Source: an uncultured Acidimicrobiia bacterium
GTDB lineage: Bacteria > Acidobacteriota > Terriglobia > Versatilivoradales > Versatilivoraceae
Direction: 5' to 3'
DNA: 64,000 bases
Assembly: GCA_963786955.1 (NCBI GenBank)
Contig: CAWBAT010000005.1
Location: 64,001 to 128,000 of the forward strand
Below are positions 37,871-48,038 of this stretch, piece by piece; within the stretch, counting starts at the first letter, position 1; each line of letters begins with the position of its first letter. The notes under the pieces were generated by a model, which searched no databases, was not told where the DNA came from, and saw only the letters and a list, made by a program, of their open reading frames with translations. Both the position numbers and the translations under genes were made by a program.

Positions 37871-38839
37871 TTATGGCTTTTTCCCCGGGCTGGGATCGGC
37901 TTTGTCTTTTGCAGCTTCCGGGGCTTTACCATCAACCGACTTGGTCTGTTTTATGACGACTTGTCCATCCCTCAAGACTTGTTGGATTCGCTGGATTGAC
38001 CGTGCAATATCCGTCTGATGGGGAGAGTTCACTTCAAATTGACTTGAAATCAGTGTTGAGAGCCTTTGAATTTCCTGCTCCAAAGTCCAATCATTCCTTT
38101 CGCGCATTAAAAGCCCTTGCCGGAGCAAGTCGGATCTTCGCTCTTGGTCTTTGTAAAGGGCCCGGGACTTCGTATTTTCTTCTTTTAACCGTTTGAGCTC
38201 GGTATCGCTGGTTTTCAAACTACTGTCCAATTTTTGCTGTAGAGCCATCTTTTCGGACTGAATCAGTGACACCTTCGAATCGAGTTCCTGCAGTTTTGCA
38301 ACGGTCTGTTCGTCATCGTGGCGCAGTTTCTCGTAATCATTTTGCAATAATTCCAGTTTCTGCCGGGCTTCTCCCAAAGTTTTCGTGAGGCCTGAAATCT
38401 CTCTCTGACGCAGGCTTAGAGAAGCTTTCAGCTCCGCAGCCACATCATTCTTGCTGGCTAGGCCAAGTCCTTGTCTGCTGACAATCCCCTGGCAATCCTC
38501 TTTTTCTTTCGCCAGTATGTCCGATTGGACTTTGAGTCTTTCGAGTTCTTTTCGATTTTGCTCAAGAACCTGAACATATTCACTGAGGTCCACATTCTTC
38601 GGTACCCCCGCGGACCGCAGGAGATGATGGAGCGCTTCCGTTTTATGAAAAGAGTAGGCAAGCCCAAAAAAGGCGCCAGCAATAAGCACCATGCACCAGG
38701 CCCCTGCTTTAGATCTCACTCCTAGACCCAAAAGCCAAAATTCACGAGGCTGTTTTCGAGAGCGGATCATTTCTCCGAAACCCAAACACAAAAATAAAAT
38801 TCCCAAAATGATCATGAAAAAGAGGAGAGTTTTTTCCAT
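37871..38839 (-). CDS. Membrane-anchored coiled-coil hypothetical protein
   Basis: Two N-terminal TM helices, long K/E/Q/L-rich heptad region. Confidence 0.7.
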   Translation of the reverse strand: MEKTLLFFMIILGILFLCLGFGEMIRSRKQPREFWLLGLGVRSKAGAWCMVLIAGAFFGLAYSFHKTEALHHLLRSAGVPKNVDLSEYVQVLEQNRKELERLKVQSDILAKEKEDCQGIVSRQGLGLASKNDVAAELKASLSLRQREISGLTKTLGEARQKLELLQNDYEKLRHDDEQTVAKLQELDSKVSLIQSEKMALQQKLDSSLKTSDTELKRLKEENTKSRALYKDQERRSDLLRQGLLMRERNDWTLEQEIQRLSTLISSQFEVNSPHQTDIARSIQRIQQVLRDGQVVIKQTKSVDGKAPEAAKDKADPSPGKKP

Positions 38840-39093
38840 AAGCTATTCCTTATCGGAATTCGGGATCCGTCACGCCGTTCAGATGATAGACAATGGCATC
38901 ATACAACAAACCATCCGACTCGAGTGACTATCTCAATAGTACAATTTTCCCTGTCAAGGCTCAAAAAAACCTCTAGGTTGAATGCGCAGTTCGTGGTTTT
39001 TGAGGCTGATTTTCGCCTTTGTTCATTCTCACCTCCTCTCTCGATCCCACTTGTTCCCAGTGTTGATTTTCAAAACTAAGCCCTCCCCAAATA

Positions 39094-39133
39094 TTCCTTG
39101 CCCCTTGTTCCTTGACCCTTTTCCCTTAACCCT
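39094..39133. repeat. Heptamer tandem repeat (NNCCTTG-like)
   Basis: TTCCTTG-CCCCTTG-TTCCTTG-ACCCTTT-TCCCTTA-ACCCT. Confidence 0.55.
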
Positions 39134-39266
39134 CTTCATGGTTGCCCCTTGTTCCGATTGACTATTACCCGATTGATGGTATATTTTTAAAAGTCTTTAC
39201 TCGTTGATTCTCGCGCACCCCTTGAAAGTCACAATTTGAGATACAAGCGCTCCTTGAGGAGGGAGA

Positions 39267-39626
39267 ATGCTGCCACTGGATACGATTTCGCAGTTGGACA
39301 AGTTGGAGCCGAAGTCTGAAGGGATCAATACCCCTCGCAAGAAGAAACCGAAGGAAATTGCAATCATAACGGAGTGCTGCACCGGTTGTGCCGGTTCGCC
39401 TGCCTGTGTCCCTTATTGCCCAGTGGAAGACTGCATGTTTTGGGTACCTGACGAAGATCATCCTCCCTTTGGACACATCGAAGTTGACCCTTTCCTCTGT
39501 ATCGGTTGCAAGAAGTGTACTACAAAAGGACCTGATGGTTCGTTCTTGGATGGGTGTCCCTGGGACGCCATTGACATGGTCCCTACCGAGGAGATTGAAG
39601 CCGTAGTGGGGAAGATGACCATTTGA
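39267..39626 (+). CDS. 2x[4Fe-4S] ferredoxin
   Basis: CTGC....AC..YCP and CIGCKKC...CPWDAI; RBS GAGGAGGG. Confidence 0.9.
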   Translation: MLPLDTISQLDKLEPKSEGINTPRKKKPKEIAIITECCTGCAGSPACVPYCPVEDCMFWVPDEDHPPFGHIEVDPFLCIGCKKCTTKGPDGSFLDGCPWDAIDMVPTEEIEAVVGKMTI

Positions 39627-39672
39627 TTGGTAGATCGAAGCCAAGAAGCTTCTGTCCCGGTAGAGTCACTTC

Positions 39673-40533
39673 TCAGGGAGAAGTTCTTTTCTGGATGGCC
39701 TGAACGGTCAACCGTGCTTGTTGTCGGGTACGTTCTGCCATGTGAGGTGTCTTGCCCGTAAACGGTTCTATTTCAGCAATATCCTCCGGCTGGCCGACCA
39801 AATAAAGCGCACGCAGTGCTTCCCAAACTTCTTCTTCAGCAGGCGAGAGAAGCAGAATCTTTTCTCCCACCGCGATCTCCTTCCCGTCCGCTACCAATTT
39901 CTTCTCTAGAAAACCCGGAAGTGGTGACCGGAATTCATCGAGTTCGCCACCTCCCGTACGAATTCGGGCAATTAACGTGCCGGGGCTTACCGAATCATCT
40001 TCTTTGAGGCGGAAGGTGATGACCCCACTTTGGGGTGACGACACTGGCACGGGCCTGAGAACATTGACGAGCTCGGCTCTTCCGCTGCTATCCCCAAAAC
40101 GCACTAAAGACAAGGCCGCATTGCGACGTACTAGAGTATTGGGGTCCTTAAGAAGCACCTGTAGAGAATCATGAAAGGAAGCCTCTTGACTGTCCTGTCC
40201 CAGGCTCCAGGCAACGGTCACCCGCACTTCGGGCACAGGATGGTTCATCAATGCCAGCATGCGCGGATACCACTTCTTGACTTTTTCTTTCTGCCCTTGG
40301 GAAATCTTCTCTGAAATCTGCAGGAGCGCATGTTGAATGTTTCGTGGTTTGGCCTCTGGTGCTAAGTAATTGGCCATTTCCTGATCACTCAACGGTCTGC
40401 CAAACCAGGTTCCCTTCCAGAACAGAAAAGGGACGAGCACCATCAGGAACGCAACTCCATAAATGATCAGGGTGACACGTTTCCCCATTGTTTTCTCCGG
40501 AGGGTTCGATAGTGGGCTCGCTGTGCTTGTCAT
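39673..40533 (-). CDS. Membrane-anchored HEAT-repeat protein with inserted biotinyl/lipoyl-like domain
   Basis: TM, PEVR..VAW.LG, D...LVRRNAALSL; V.SP..G...SP.PG.L....V..G..I..G..I. Confidence 0.75.
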   Translation of the reverse strand: MTSTASPLSNPPEKTMGKRVTLIIYGVAFLMVLVPFLFWKGTWFGRPLSDQEMANYLAPEAKPRNIQHALLQISEKISQGQKEKVKKWYPRMLALMNHPVPEVRVTVAWSLGQDSQEASFHDSLQVLLKDPNTLVRRNAALSLVRFGDSSGRAELVNVLRPVPVSSPQSGVITFRLKEDDSVSPGTLIARIRTGGGELDEFRSPLPGFLEKKLVADGKEIAVGEKILLLSPAEEEVWEALRALYLVGQPEDIAEIEPFTGKTPHMAERTRQQARLTVQAIQKRTSP

Positions 40534-40539
40534 AAGCGT

Positions 40540-40959
40540 CTAATGATAAAGCATCCAGTAAATGACGACTCCAGTCACAGACACGTAAAGCCAAACAGGT
40601 AAAGTCCAACGGGCTATTTGACGGTGTTTTTCGATGCGGCCCTTGAGAGCACGCGTGACGGTGATCAGGACCATAGGGAGAATGACAACCGCCAGGATCG
40701 TATGAGTCAACAGGATTGAGAAGTAAACCGGGCGGGTCCATCCCGTCCCTCGATAACGAACTGAACCCACCTGAAACCCGATATGGTAGGTCAAATAAGA
40801 AACCAGGAAGAGTGTAGAAGAAACAAGAGCGAGAAGCATACAGCGACGGTGGAGGGAGACATTCTTATTACGGATAAAATAATATCCGATACAAAGCAAT
40901 GTCGCACTGGTTCCATTCAGCACGGCATTGATTAGAGGGAAGTCAGTCACAGCGATCAC
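40540..40959 (-). CDS. DUF420 membrane protein (CtaM-like oxidase assembly)
   Basis: P.INA.LN, H...M..A...S..FL.SY, H..LA, H..IARW..P.WLYVS.TGV. Confidence 0.92.
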   Translation of the reverse strand: MIAVTDFPLINAVLNGTSATLLCIGYYFIRNKNVSLHRRCMLLALVSSTLFLVSYLTYHIGFQVGSVRYRGTGWTRPVYFSILLTHTILAVVILPMVLITVTRALKGRIEKHRQIARWTLPVWLYVSVTGVVIYWMLYH

Positions 40960-41585
40960 GAGTCAACCTCTCGAAGTAGAAATCTTGTGTCGTGGATCAG
41001 TTTTTGGATGTCCTCTTCTTCCTGGCTATCATAATACCCGCGGACCCTTCCCTTACGATCAACCAGAATGAAACGAGTACTGTGGACGGTCACATCCTGA
41101 ATATCTCCGACAAGGAAACCTGATTGGGCCAGCGCATGAATTCTGGATTTTTCACCTGTCAAAAAAAACCATCGACCTTCCTTGGCCTGAAATCTCTCAG
41201 CATATTCACTCAACACCTCGCAAGTATCGAATTCGGGGTCCACGCTAATCGAAACCAGTCTGAATGAAGCCTCCTCTTTAAAGGCCTCTTGCAATTTGGA
41301 CATACGGGAACTCATCAACGGACAGGGTCCGGGGCATCGTGTAAAGATAAAATCTGCAATCCAGACCGAACCCTTGAGATCATCCAGACCAATTGGTTTG
41401 CGGCTTCTCTCCATTAATGAGAATGAGGGGAGCTGAACCAGTGCGGGAAGAGCTGGAGAGACGGACTGCTCCCGAAGCTGCCTTAATTTGAGGTTCAGCC
41501 AGAACAAGCCAATTAAGGATCCAAGCAACAAAACGACCCCGGTGCTCAGCAATACTCTGCGAATCCACCGACCTTTATCATCCAT
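40956..41585 (-). CDS. SCO1/SenC copper chaperone
   Basis: FTRCPGPCP, SVDP..DT, HSTRF.LVD..G.VRG.Y; start ATG 41585 coupled to the permease stop. Confidence 0.93.
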   Translation of the reverse strand: MDDKGRWIRRVLLSTGVVLLLGSLIGLFWLNLKLRQLREQSVSPALPALVQLPSFSLMERSRKPIGLDDLKGSVWIADFIFTRCPGPCPLMSSRMSKLQEAFKEEASFRLVSISVDPEFDTCEVLSEYAERFQAKEGRWFFLTGEKSRIHALAQSGFLVGDIQDVTVHSTRFILVDRKGRVRGYYDSQEEEDIQKLIHDTRFLLREVDS

Positions 41586-42388
41586 TAGATTCTTTTCCTG
41601 TTGGCCAGAATGCAAGAGACAAAAATTAGGGCGGCTCCAAAAACCATCGTTATCCCGATAGCCCAAGGCAGGCTGCAAATTTCCAAATTTTCCGGGTGGG
41701 GTTGACTGAGATACAAAGACTGACGCAATGCTGCCATTCCATATGTTAAGGGATTGACAATCATGATGAGTCGCATCCACGACGAAGCGCCTGAAAGAGG
41801 GAAAAGAGCTCCAGACAAAAGCCACATGGGTATCAACACCATATTCATGACGGCATGGAACCCCTGAATGGAATCGAGTTGCCAGGCAAACGCAAAACCT
41901 AAACTGCTGAGAGCCAAACTGATCAATATCATGACACTCCAGACAAAACTCAGCTGGAAGAAATTCAGTGAAATGCCCAGAAACGGCGCCAATAAAAGAA
42001 AGATCGTCCCTTGCAGAACTGCTAACGTCGTCACTCCTAAGATTTTCCCCAGAACCAAGCTTAGCCTTGAAAGCGGCGCCACCAGTACTCCGAGCAAGAA
42101 CCCTTCCCGTCGTTCTTCAATCAGTGCCATATTGGAAAAAATCGAGGTAAAAAGCAGCACCATCAAAATGGCCCCCGGGAAGAAATATGCTAGGTAGTCT
42201 CTATTGGCCGGACCTGGGCCCCCGTGAAAGGAATTCCCAAACCCTGAACCCATAAAAAACCAAAAGATCAGGGGAGTTCCAAGCGCCCCAATAACGCGGC
42301 TGGGCTGACGAAAGAAGCGAACCACCTCTCGCTTCCAAAGTGAGTACAGCGGAAGAAAAAAAATGGATGTCAACGATGGCGAAACCAT
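41585..42388 (-). CDS. ABC-2 type transporter permease
   Basis: W.RE..RF.R, ERREGFL..VLVAP, LSGALFP, NPLTYG. Confidence 0.92.
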   Translation of the reverse strand: MVSPSLTSIFFLPLYSLWKREVVRFFRQPSRVIGALGTPLIFWFFMGSGFGNSFHGGPGPANRDYLAYFFPGAILMVLLFTSIFSNMALIEERREGFLLGVLVAPLSRLSLVLGKILGVTTLAVLQGTIFLLLAPFLGISLNFFQLSFVWSVMILISLALSSLGFAFAWQLDSIQGFHAVMNMVLIPMWLLSGALFPLSGASSWMRLIMIVNPLTYGMAALRQSLYLSQPHPENLEICSLPWAIGITMVFGAALIFVSCILANRKRI

Positions 42389-42581
42389 ATTGGCCTAGAG
42401 GAAAATAAGGAGTAGAACCTGAATGGAGTTAACTCAAATCCCAAAGCTGCTTTAACATCACCTGTTGGCGCAGTCACGTGTTTATACTCGTACACGATCT
42501 GCTGGAATATTCGAAGGAACTTCTCTAACCACCTGAGAATGGCTGGGCCAACACACCTGATTCAGAAAGGCACATTACAAT

Positions 42582-42651
42582 GTAGGGTGGTCTCGCTGAG
42601 ACCGCCGTCCCCCATTTTGGTTTAGCGGCGCGCACGGCGTGCCCGCCCTAC
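42582..42651. repeat. Stand-alone 70-bp GTAG REPIN
   Basis: GTAGGGTGGTCTCGCTGAGACCGCC...GGCGCGCACGGCGTGCCCGCCCTAC; same as the core (6904-6973) of the 206-bp element. Confidence 0.85.
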
Positions 42652-42685
42652 CAACATCGTCTACGAATAACATCCTTAACGCGTA

Positions 42686-42922
42686 TCAATGGGCTTCCGA
42701 ATTCTTATTTCTGGAATTCAGCCATTGCCGAAACTCTTTGCTGCGCAAGCTCCAAGCTAGGTTCAGGAATGAGATGAGTGCCAGCAATAGGCACACCAAG
42801 GCCAAAAACATGCCGTCGAGGGTTGCAAACTGCTGGCTGATGACCAGCCAGCCCGCAACGATGAGACAGCCGAGCCCAAATACTGCGCTGAAAATCGTTA
42901 GAATGATTGATTCTAGCATCAT
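42686..42922 (-). CDS. Small two-TM membrane protein
   Basis: 78 aa, RBS AAGGAG, two hydrophobic helices. Confidence 0.65.
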   Translation of the reverse strand: MMLESIILTIFSAVFGLGCLIVAGWLVISQQFATLDGMFLALVCLLLALISFLNLAWSLRSKEFRQWLNSRNKNSEAH

Positions 42923-43168
42923 GTTTATCTCCTTCTGCGATTCTTCAAACTCCTGTCCCACATGGAATCTCCGGGATCGGTGGTCTTCCTTCGACCAGGG
43001 CGATCCTCTTGATCTTCCCTTTCAGGCATCGAAACAGCAACGGATCGATTTTCATGTTACACGAAGGAGATGCTCATTGTCTCTCTTTGGAGTCATCTCA
43101 TTGATCCGGATCAGAAAAAACTATCGGGCAGGCCGGAGCCCTAACTTGCACCGGCATCCAAATTCGGG

Positions 43169-44128
43169 TCACCCATCGGCCACCCCATTTTCAGGCCCAT
43201 CAAACCCGGCCCCTGTCACATGGATAAACACGTCTTCCAGGGTCGGTCTTGCAAGACTAATCTCATCGATTTGACCAGGAAAAGATTCCACGAGCCGGGG
43301 AATCCATTCGTGCCCATCCTGACATTCGATTCTTAGCATACTACCCAACACGCTCACGGGAACGTCGAGCTTCCTTTTGATAGCTGTGTAAAGAGAATCC
43401 GCATCGCGGGTTCGAATGGTAATCACATCTCCGCGGACAAGCTCCTTGAGTGCCGAAGGAGAGCCCATGGCCACCAACTCGCCGCGGTTAAGAAAGGCCA
43501 ACTGGCAGCACTTCTCCGCTTCGTCCATTAAATGAGTAGTGACAAGAATGGTCACCGATTCACTCAGGTGGATTGCGTCTAACCATTTCCAAAATTCAAG
43601 CCTTGCCCTCGGATCCAGCCCGACCGTTGGCTCATCCAGAATCAACACTCGAGGTCGATGCAAAAAGGCCTTGGCCAACTCAACTCGCCGTTTCAGCCCT
43701 TCTGACAAAGTTTCCACTCGCTCGGTAGTCCTGTCTGCCAGATCAAATCGAGCCAGGACTTCTTCGGCCTGCTTCTTCAGATGCCGTCCTCGCATGGCGT
43801 AGAGATGACCGTAGCAGACCAAGTTTTCAAAAACCGTGAGTTTCTGATCCAGGCTATGCTTCTGGAAGACAACGCCTATACTCCCCCGCACAGAATGTGA
43901 AGCGGCCGCGACATCCAGTCCCAGGATCTGGGCTTTCCCAGAGGTGGGAGTGAGTAGTGTCGCCAGGATTCGAAACAGGGTTGTTTTTCCCGAACCGTTG
44001 GGTCCCAGAATCCCGAACACTTCTCCTTCATGGACCGTCAAGTTGATGCTTGACAGTGCAGGCCGGGCCCGGGTTGCGGGGTATGAAAAACAAACGTTTT
44101 CAAGGACAACGGCAAGAGATTGGCTCAC
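43169..44128 (-). CDS. ABC transporter ATP-binding protein (DrrA-like)
   Basis: GPNGSGKTT, LSEG, ILDEPT, TTH.MDEA, PTLEDVF; likely GTG start at 44128. Confidence 0.92.
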   Translation of the reverse strand: MSQSLAVVLENVCFSYPATRARPALSSINLTVHEGEVFGILGPNGSGKTTLFRILATLLTPTSGKAQILGLDVAAASHSVRGSIGVVFQKHSLDQKLTVFENLVCYGHLYAMRGRHLKKQAEEVLARFDLADRTTERVETLSEGLKRRVELAKAFLHRPRVLILDEPTVGLDPRARLEFWKWLDAIHLSESVTILVTTHLMDEAEKCCQLAFLNRGELVAMGSPSALKELVRGDVITIRTRDADSLYTAIKRKLDVPVSVLGSMLRIECQDGHEWIPRLVESFPGQIDEISLARPTLEDVFIHVTGAGFDGPENGVADG

Positions 44129-44148
44129 GTCTGGGTCATAGCAGAACT

Positions 44149-44388
44149 CTACGGGCGGGGCGAATTGCAACAGCGGAAAGCAAAAACAAGAATCACACTC
44201 ATAATAGTCACTGGAGGAGCCAACAATAGCAAGATCCCCCGATTGAGTGCTTGAGTCGCCTGGCTGGACTGTGCGGCAGCCGATGTCTTGCACATAGGAC
44301 ACCCCTGCGCAAAGGCGGGAGTTGCGGCACAGCAACAGAGCAAAACCCAAAGAAATATCGGAATGAGTCTTTTTACAGTTCGCCGCAT
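44149..44388 (-). CDS. Small oxidase-cluster membrane protein with CxMC motif
   Basis: Signal peptide, AQGCPMCK, ALNRGIL.LL..P TM. Confidence 0.75.
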   Translation of the reverse strand: MRRTVKRLIPIFLWVLLCCCAATPAFAQGCPMCKTSAAAQSSQATQALNRGILLLLAPPVTIMSVILVFAFRCCNSPRP

Positions 44389-44464
44389 GATAATTCCCTT
44401 CAATCTCCACCTCCTACTGTGTTCCGCGGTGAGTGACCGGCAGACAGTGGCTGGCCCCAAAATT

Positions 44465-44782
44465 CTACTTGGGCCGCATGTTTAACAATCGAAGACTATC
44501 TGGGAAGAATACCACCAAAGTTGAAGCGACGACGACTAAGGCCGGAATCAAGGTCAGGACCAGGCTCTGCTTCTCGAAACGCAAGTGCATGAAATATGCC
44601 ACGATCAACGCGGCTTTCACCAGTGAAATCCCCATGAGCAAAATCAGCATGAGATTTAATGGTAAATGCTCGTAGGCCAGGAATACCTCAAGTCCGGTTA
44701 GAAAGAGCAGCGAGCCCCAAACACCAAATACCAACCCGTTCCCTATGATATGCGGTTCACCGTGTTCAGAATGTGCGCTCAA
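44465..44782 (-). CDS. Cytochrome c oxidase subunit IV
   Basis: LT..EV, KA.LIVAYFMHLRFE; three TM; TTG start behind GGAGG. Confidence 0.9.
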   Translation of the reverse strand: MSAHSEHGEPHIIGNGLVFGVWGSLLFLTGLEVFLAYEHLPLNLMLILLMGISLVKAALIVAYFMHLRFEKQSLVLTLIPALVVVASTLVVFFPDSLRLLNMRPK

Positions 44783-44844
44783 AATTTGCCTCCAGAAATA
44801 GATGTGATCGCTTCAAATTTGTGGTTTCATGCTTCAGCCAGGAA

Positions 44845-45483
44845 TCAGTGCATCTTCACGGACATTAAATAAATCAAGGGAAACACAAACATCCAGACCA
44901 GGTCCACGAAATGCCAATAAAGCCCGCAGACTTCGACATGGTCCGCATTGAATCGTTTTTTCCCGACTCCGATTGCGATTGCGCCCAGGTAGAGGACTCC
45001 GGTAAACACGTGAAACATATGAAGTCCAGTAATTCCAAAGAACGTTGCGCCGAATAAGGGGACATCTTTTGCCCAGGGATTGTTAGTGAGCGTGAGTCCT
45101 TCTTCCATCAGAGTTTTCCACTCGTTGGCGTGCAACAGAATAAACAAAAGACCAAATAACATTGTGAATCCCAGCCAGCGTATGGTTGCACTCCGGTTGC
45201 CATGCTGAGACGCCTTCACGGCAAGCACCATGGTGAGGCTGCTGGAAAGGAGGAAGAAAGTCATTAGGGTTGAGATGGCGATGCTGGGCCAAAGGTGGAA
45301 CGGGGTCGGCCAATCCGCTGTGGCCATGCGCAGATAGCTGTAACCGATCAAAATCGCTGTGAAGGTCAGAGCATCCGACACGATAAACAACCACATTCCA
45401 AGTTTCTTGTGATTGACCGCGTAGGGGGAAACTCCTCCACTCCATTCTTGTAATGTGAATTCTTCGGCATGCGCGTTGGCCAT
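44845..45483 (-). CDS. ctaE: Cytochrome c oxidase subunit III (second copy)
   Basis: KLGMWLF, LL.SS.TM, TGLH..HV, GLYWHFVDLVW. Confidence 0.93.
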   Translation of the reverse strand: MANAHAEEFTLQEWSGGVSPYAVNHKKLGMWLFIVSDALTFTAILIGYSYLRMATADWPTPFHLWPSIAISTLMTFFLLSSSLTMVLAVKASQHGNRSATIRWLGFTMLFGLLFILLHANEWKTLMEEGLTLTNNPWAKDVPLFGATFFGITGLHMFHVFTGVLYLGAIAIGVGKKRFNADHVEVCGLYWHFVDLVWMFVFPLIYLMSVKMH

Positions 45484-45487
45484 GCAT

Positions 45488-46174
45488 TCACCTCCAGAAA
45501 AACAACAATAGAAATAAATAAATCCACAACCCGTCCATAAAATGCCAGTAGATTGAAGTGACGTCCATCAGAGTTCGCAAAGACTCAGTGGCGAATACTT
45601 GTCTTTGAGCCTTGATGGAAAGAATGGAGAGCACGATGACTCCGCCTGCGAGATGAAGGCCGTGTGCCCCCGTCATCAAATAAAAGAATGAACTGTGAGA
45701 ATTAGAACTCAAGTAAATGCCCTGCGCCGACAGTTCCTTCCAGATGAAGATCTGGCCGATCAGAAAGCCGGCTCCGAGTAAAGTCGTCAGGCTCAACCAG
45801 AATTTCACGGCCGAAGTGAGCCCATCCTTCTTCAACAGATTTCTCGAACGCTTGAGCGTGACACTACTGGCGACGAGCAAGAGGGAATTGGGAATCAATA
45901 ATGGCGGAATCGCAATCGGAACCCAATCGCCGGATGCACCCTGCCGGACAATGTAGGCACTACTCAGACCGGCAAAAAGCATGAGGATCGAAGCCACGCC
46001 GAGCCACATAGCCAGACGGTAGCTATCTGGCGAAGTCCGCGGAGCGACACCTCCTGAATCCCAGCCATGACGGTCCCCATCCCATCCGTTTGATCCGGAC
46101 CCAGCGCCGCCTCCTGAACCATGATCCGGTTGAATCGCGATACCCACTTCCTGAGGTGATAGGACTGTCGGCAT
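45488..46174 (-). CDS. ctaE: Cytochrome c oxidase subunit III (first copy)
   Basis: MLF.GL.SAY, SFFY..TG.H..H, YWHFMD.LW. Confidence 0.92.
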   Translation of the reverse strand: MPTVLSPQEVGIAIQPDHGSGGGAGSGSNGWDGDRHGWDSGGVAPRTSPDSYRLAMWLGVASILMLFAGLSSAYIVRQGASGDWVPIAIPPLLIPNSLLLVASSVTLKRSRNLLKKDGLTSAVKFWLSLTTLLGAGFLIGQIFIWKELSAQGIYLSSNSHSSFFYLMTGAHGLHLAGGVIVLSILSIKAQRQVFATESLRTLMDVTSIYWHFMDGLWIYLFLLLFFWR

Positions 46175-46249
46175 AATGTTTTCAGATCTAAAGGTTCCTT
46201 CCCGTAAAGTCGCCCATGGCTAAGAAGAACTACAGGAGAAAGGGATCTC

Positions 46250-48019
46250 TCATGTTTTAGTCTGAAACGGTGGATCCGTCTGCATTACATAATCCGTAGG
46301 CGCGCCTGGAACAGAGTATTCATAAGGTCCGTGGTAAACCACCGGGATTTTGCCACCAAAATTATCATGAGGAGGTGGAGACGGAACGGTCCATTCCAAG
46401 GTTGTTGCCTGCCAAGGATTGTCTGAAGCTTTCTTCCCTTTAAAGAGGCTCCAGAACAAATTGATGAGGAACAGGAGCTGAACCGCCGCCGTCATCAGAG
46501 CCGCAATGGTGATGAACAGATGGTATCCCTGAGTCCCGGCTAGATATTTAAATTCCGTAGCCTGAGCGTATCGGCGCGGATGCCCCATAATTCCCATGAT
46601 GTGCATCGGCATGAAGATTGCGTTAACTCCCACGAAAGTCAGCCAGAAATGAATCCTGCCCATCGTTTCGTTCATCATCCGTCCAAACATTTTGGGGAAC
46701 CAGTAATAGATCCCGGCGAAGATCCCGAAGATGGCCGCTACACCCATAATCAAATGGAAGTGACCGACCGGGAAATAGGTATCGTGTAGCGGGACGTCCA
46801 GCGAGGTTTGGCCGAGAAAAAGCCCTGTAATACCTCCGGATACAAACAAGGAAACAAAACCAACGGCAAACAGAGAGGCGGCACAAAAACGGTATTTCCC
46901 CCCCCACAAAGTCCCCAGCCAATTGAAAGTTTTCACTGCAGATGGAACTCCAATGGTCAAAGTCAGCATGGAGAAAACCAGCGCTGACATGGGGCTGAGG
47001 CCGCTGACAAACATATGGTGTCCCCACACAAAGAATCCCATCAGACCAATGGCAAAAACGGCATACACCATCACCCGGTACCCGTAAATGGGTTTACGGG
47101 CGAAGGTTGACAACAGCTGCGATGTCACTCCCATTCCAGGAAGAATGGCGATGTAAACTTCCGGATGACCAAAGAACCAGAAAAGATGTTGCCAGAGGAT
47201 AGGCGACCCACCCGAGTGCGCGATCTGCCTGTCACTGATGACCAGTCCGCCTGGAATGAAAAAGCTGGTCCCACCGAGCCGATCCAACAAAAGCAGGATC
47301 CCGCCAGCCAACAACACAGGAAAGGAGAGCAACGCCAAGATGGCTGTCGTAAACCATGTCCAGACGGTCAAAGGCATGCGCATCAAAGACATCCCTTTAA
47401 CGCGCATGTTAAGCACAGTGGTGATGAAATTTAAGGCGCCCAACAGCGAGGCCACGCAAAAGATGGCGATACTAATGATCCACAAGGTCTGCCCTGCCCC
47501 CAACCCTGGGCCCGCAATTTGACCAACCGCGCTTAAGGGGGCATAGGCCGTCCATCCGGAAATCGGAGCCCCACCCGTCACAAACAAGGCAGCCACCATC
47601 ACCATCATGCTGACAAAGGTCACCCAGAAGGAAAGCATGTTCAGCGTAGGGAAGGCCATATCATCGGCCCCGATTTGAATGGGCAGAAAGTAATTTCCGA
47701 ACCCGCTTTGTGGAGCTGTAGTCAAGACGAAAAAAACCATAATGGTTCCATGCATCGTCAGCATCGCGAGATAGAATTCGGGGGTCATCGGCCCGCCTTC
47801 AAATCCCGCCGGAAAAATCTTGGCCAGCAGGGGCCAGGTCTCGGTAGGCCAGGCCAAACGCAGCCGGAAGATGAGGGATAAGCTCATCCCGAGAAAAGCT
47901 GCAACCAGAGCCAGAAAAATGTATTGGATACCGATTACCTTATGGTCAAGGCTGAATATATATTTGCGAATGAACCCTGTTGGGGCCTTATGTACTGCTG
48001 CGTGGGCAGTCTCAGACAT
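46250..48019 (-). CDS. ctaD: Cytochrome c oxidase subunit I, A1 type
   Basis: DHK.IG, HGT.M, WFFGHPEVY, WGHH, VPSAVK, HDTY, HFH. Confidence 0.97.
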   Translation of the reverse strand: MSETAHAAVHKAPTGFIRKYIFSLDHKVIGIQYIFLALVAAFLGMSLSLIFRLRLAWPTETWPLLAKIFPAGFEGGPMTPEFYLAMLTMHGTIMVFFVLTTAPQSGFGNYFLPIQIGADDMAFPTLNMLSFWVTFVSMMVMVAALFVTGGAPISGWTAYAPLSAVGQIAGPGLGAGQTLWIISIAIFCVASLLGALNFITTVLNMRVKGMSLMRMPLTVWTWFTTAILALLSFPVLLAGGILLLLDRLGGTSFFIPGGLVISDRQIAHSGGSPILWQHLFWFFGHPEVYIAILPGMGVTSQLLSTFARKPIYGYRVMVYAVFAIGLMGFFVWGHHMFVSGLSPMSALVFSMLTLTIGVPSAVKTFNWLGTLWGGKYRFCAASLFAVGFVSLFVSGGITGLFLGQTSLDVPLHDTYFPVGHFHLIMGVAAIFGIFAGIYYWFPKMFGRMMNETMGRIHFWLTFVGVNAIFMPMHIMGIMGHPRRYAQATEFKYLAGTQGYHLFITIAALMTAAVQLLFLINLFWSLFKGKKASDNPWQATTLEWTVPSPPPHDNFGGKIPVVYHGPYEYSVPGAPTDYVMQTDPPFQTKT

Positions 48020-48038
48020 GCGTTTTTCTCCCCCCCTC

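Noticed and set aside
44129-44410. N-terminal extensions of the ABC ATPase (to 44410), and likewise SCO (to 41825), ctaA (to 50894) and Rieske (to 57669)
   Set aside because: They overlap real neighbouring genes or promoters; better downstream starts exist.
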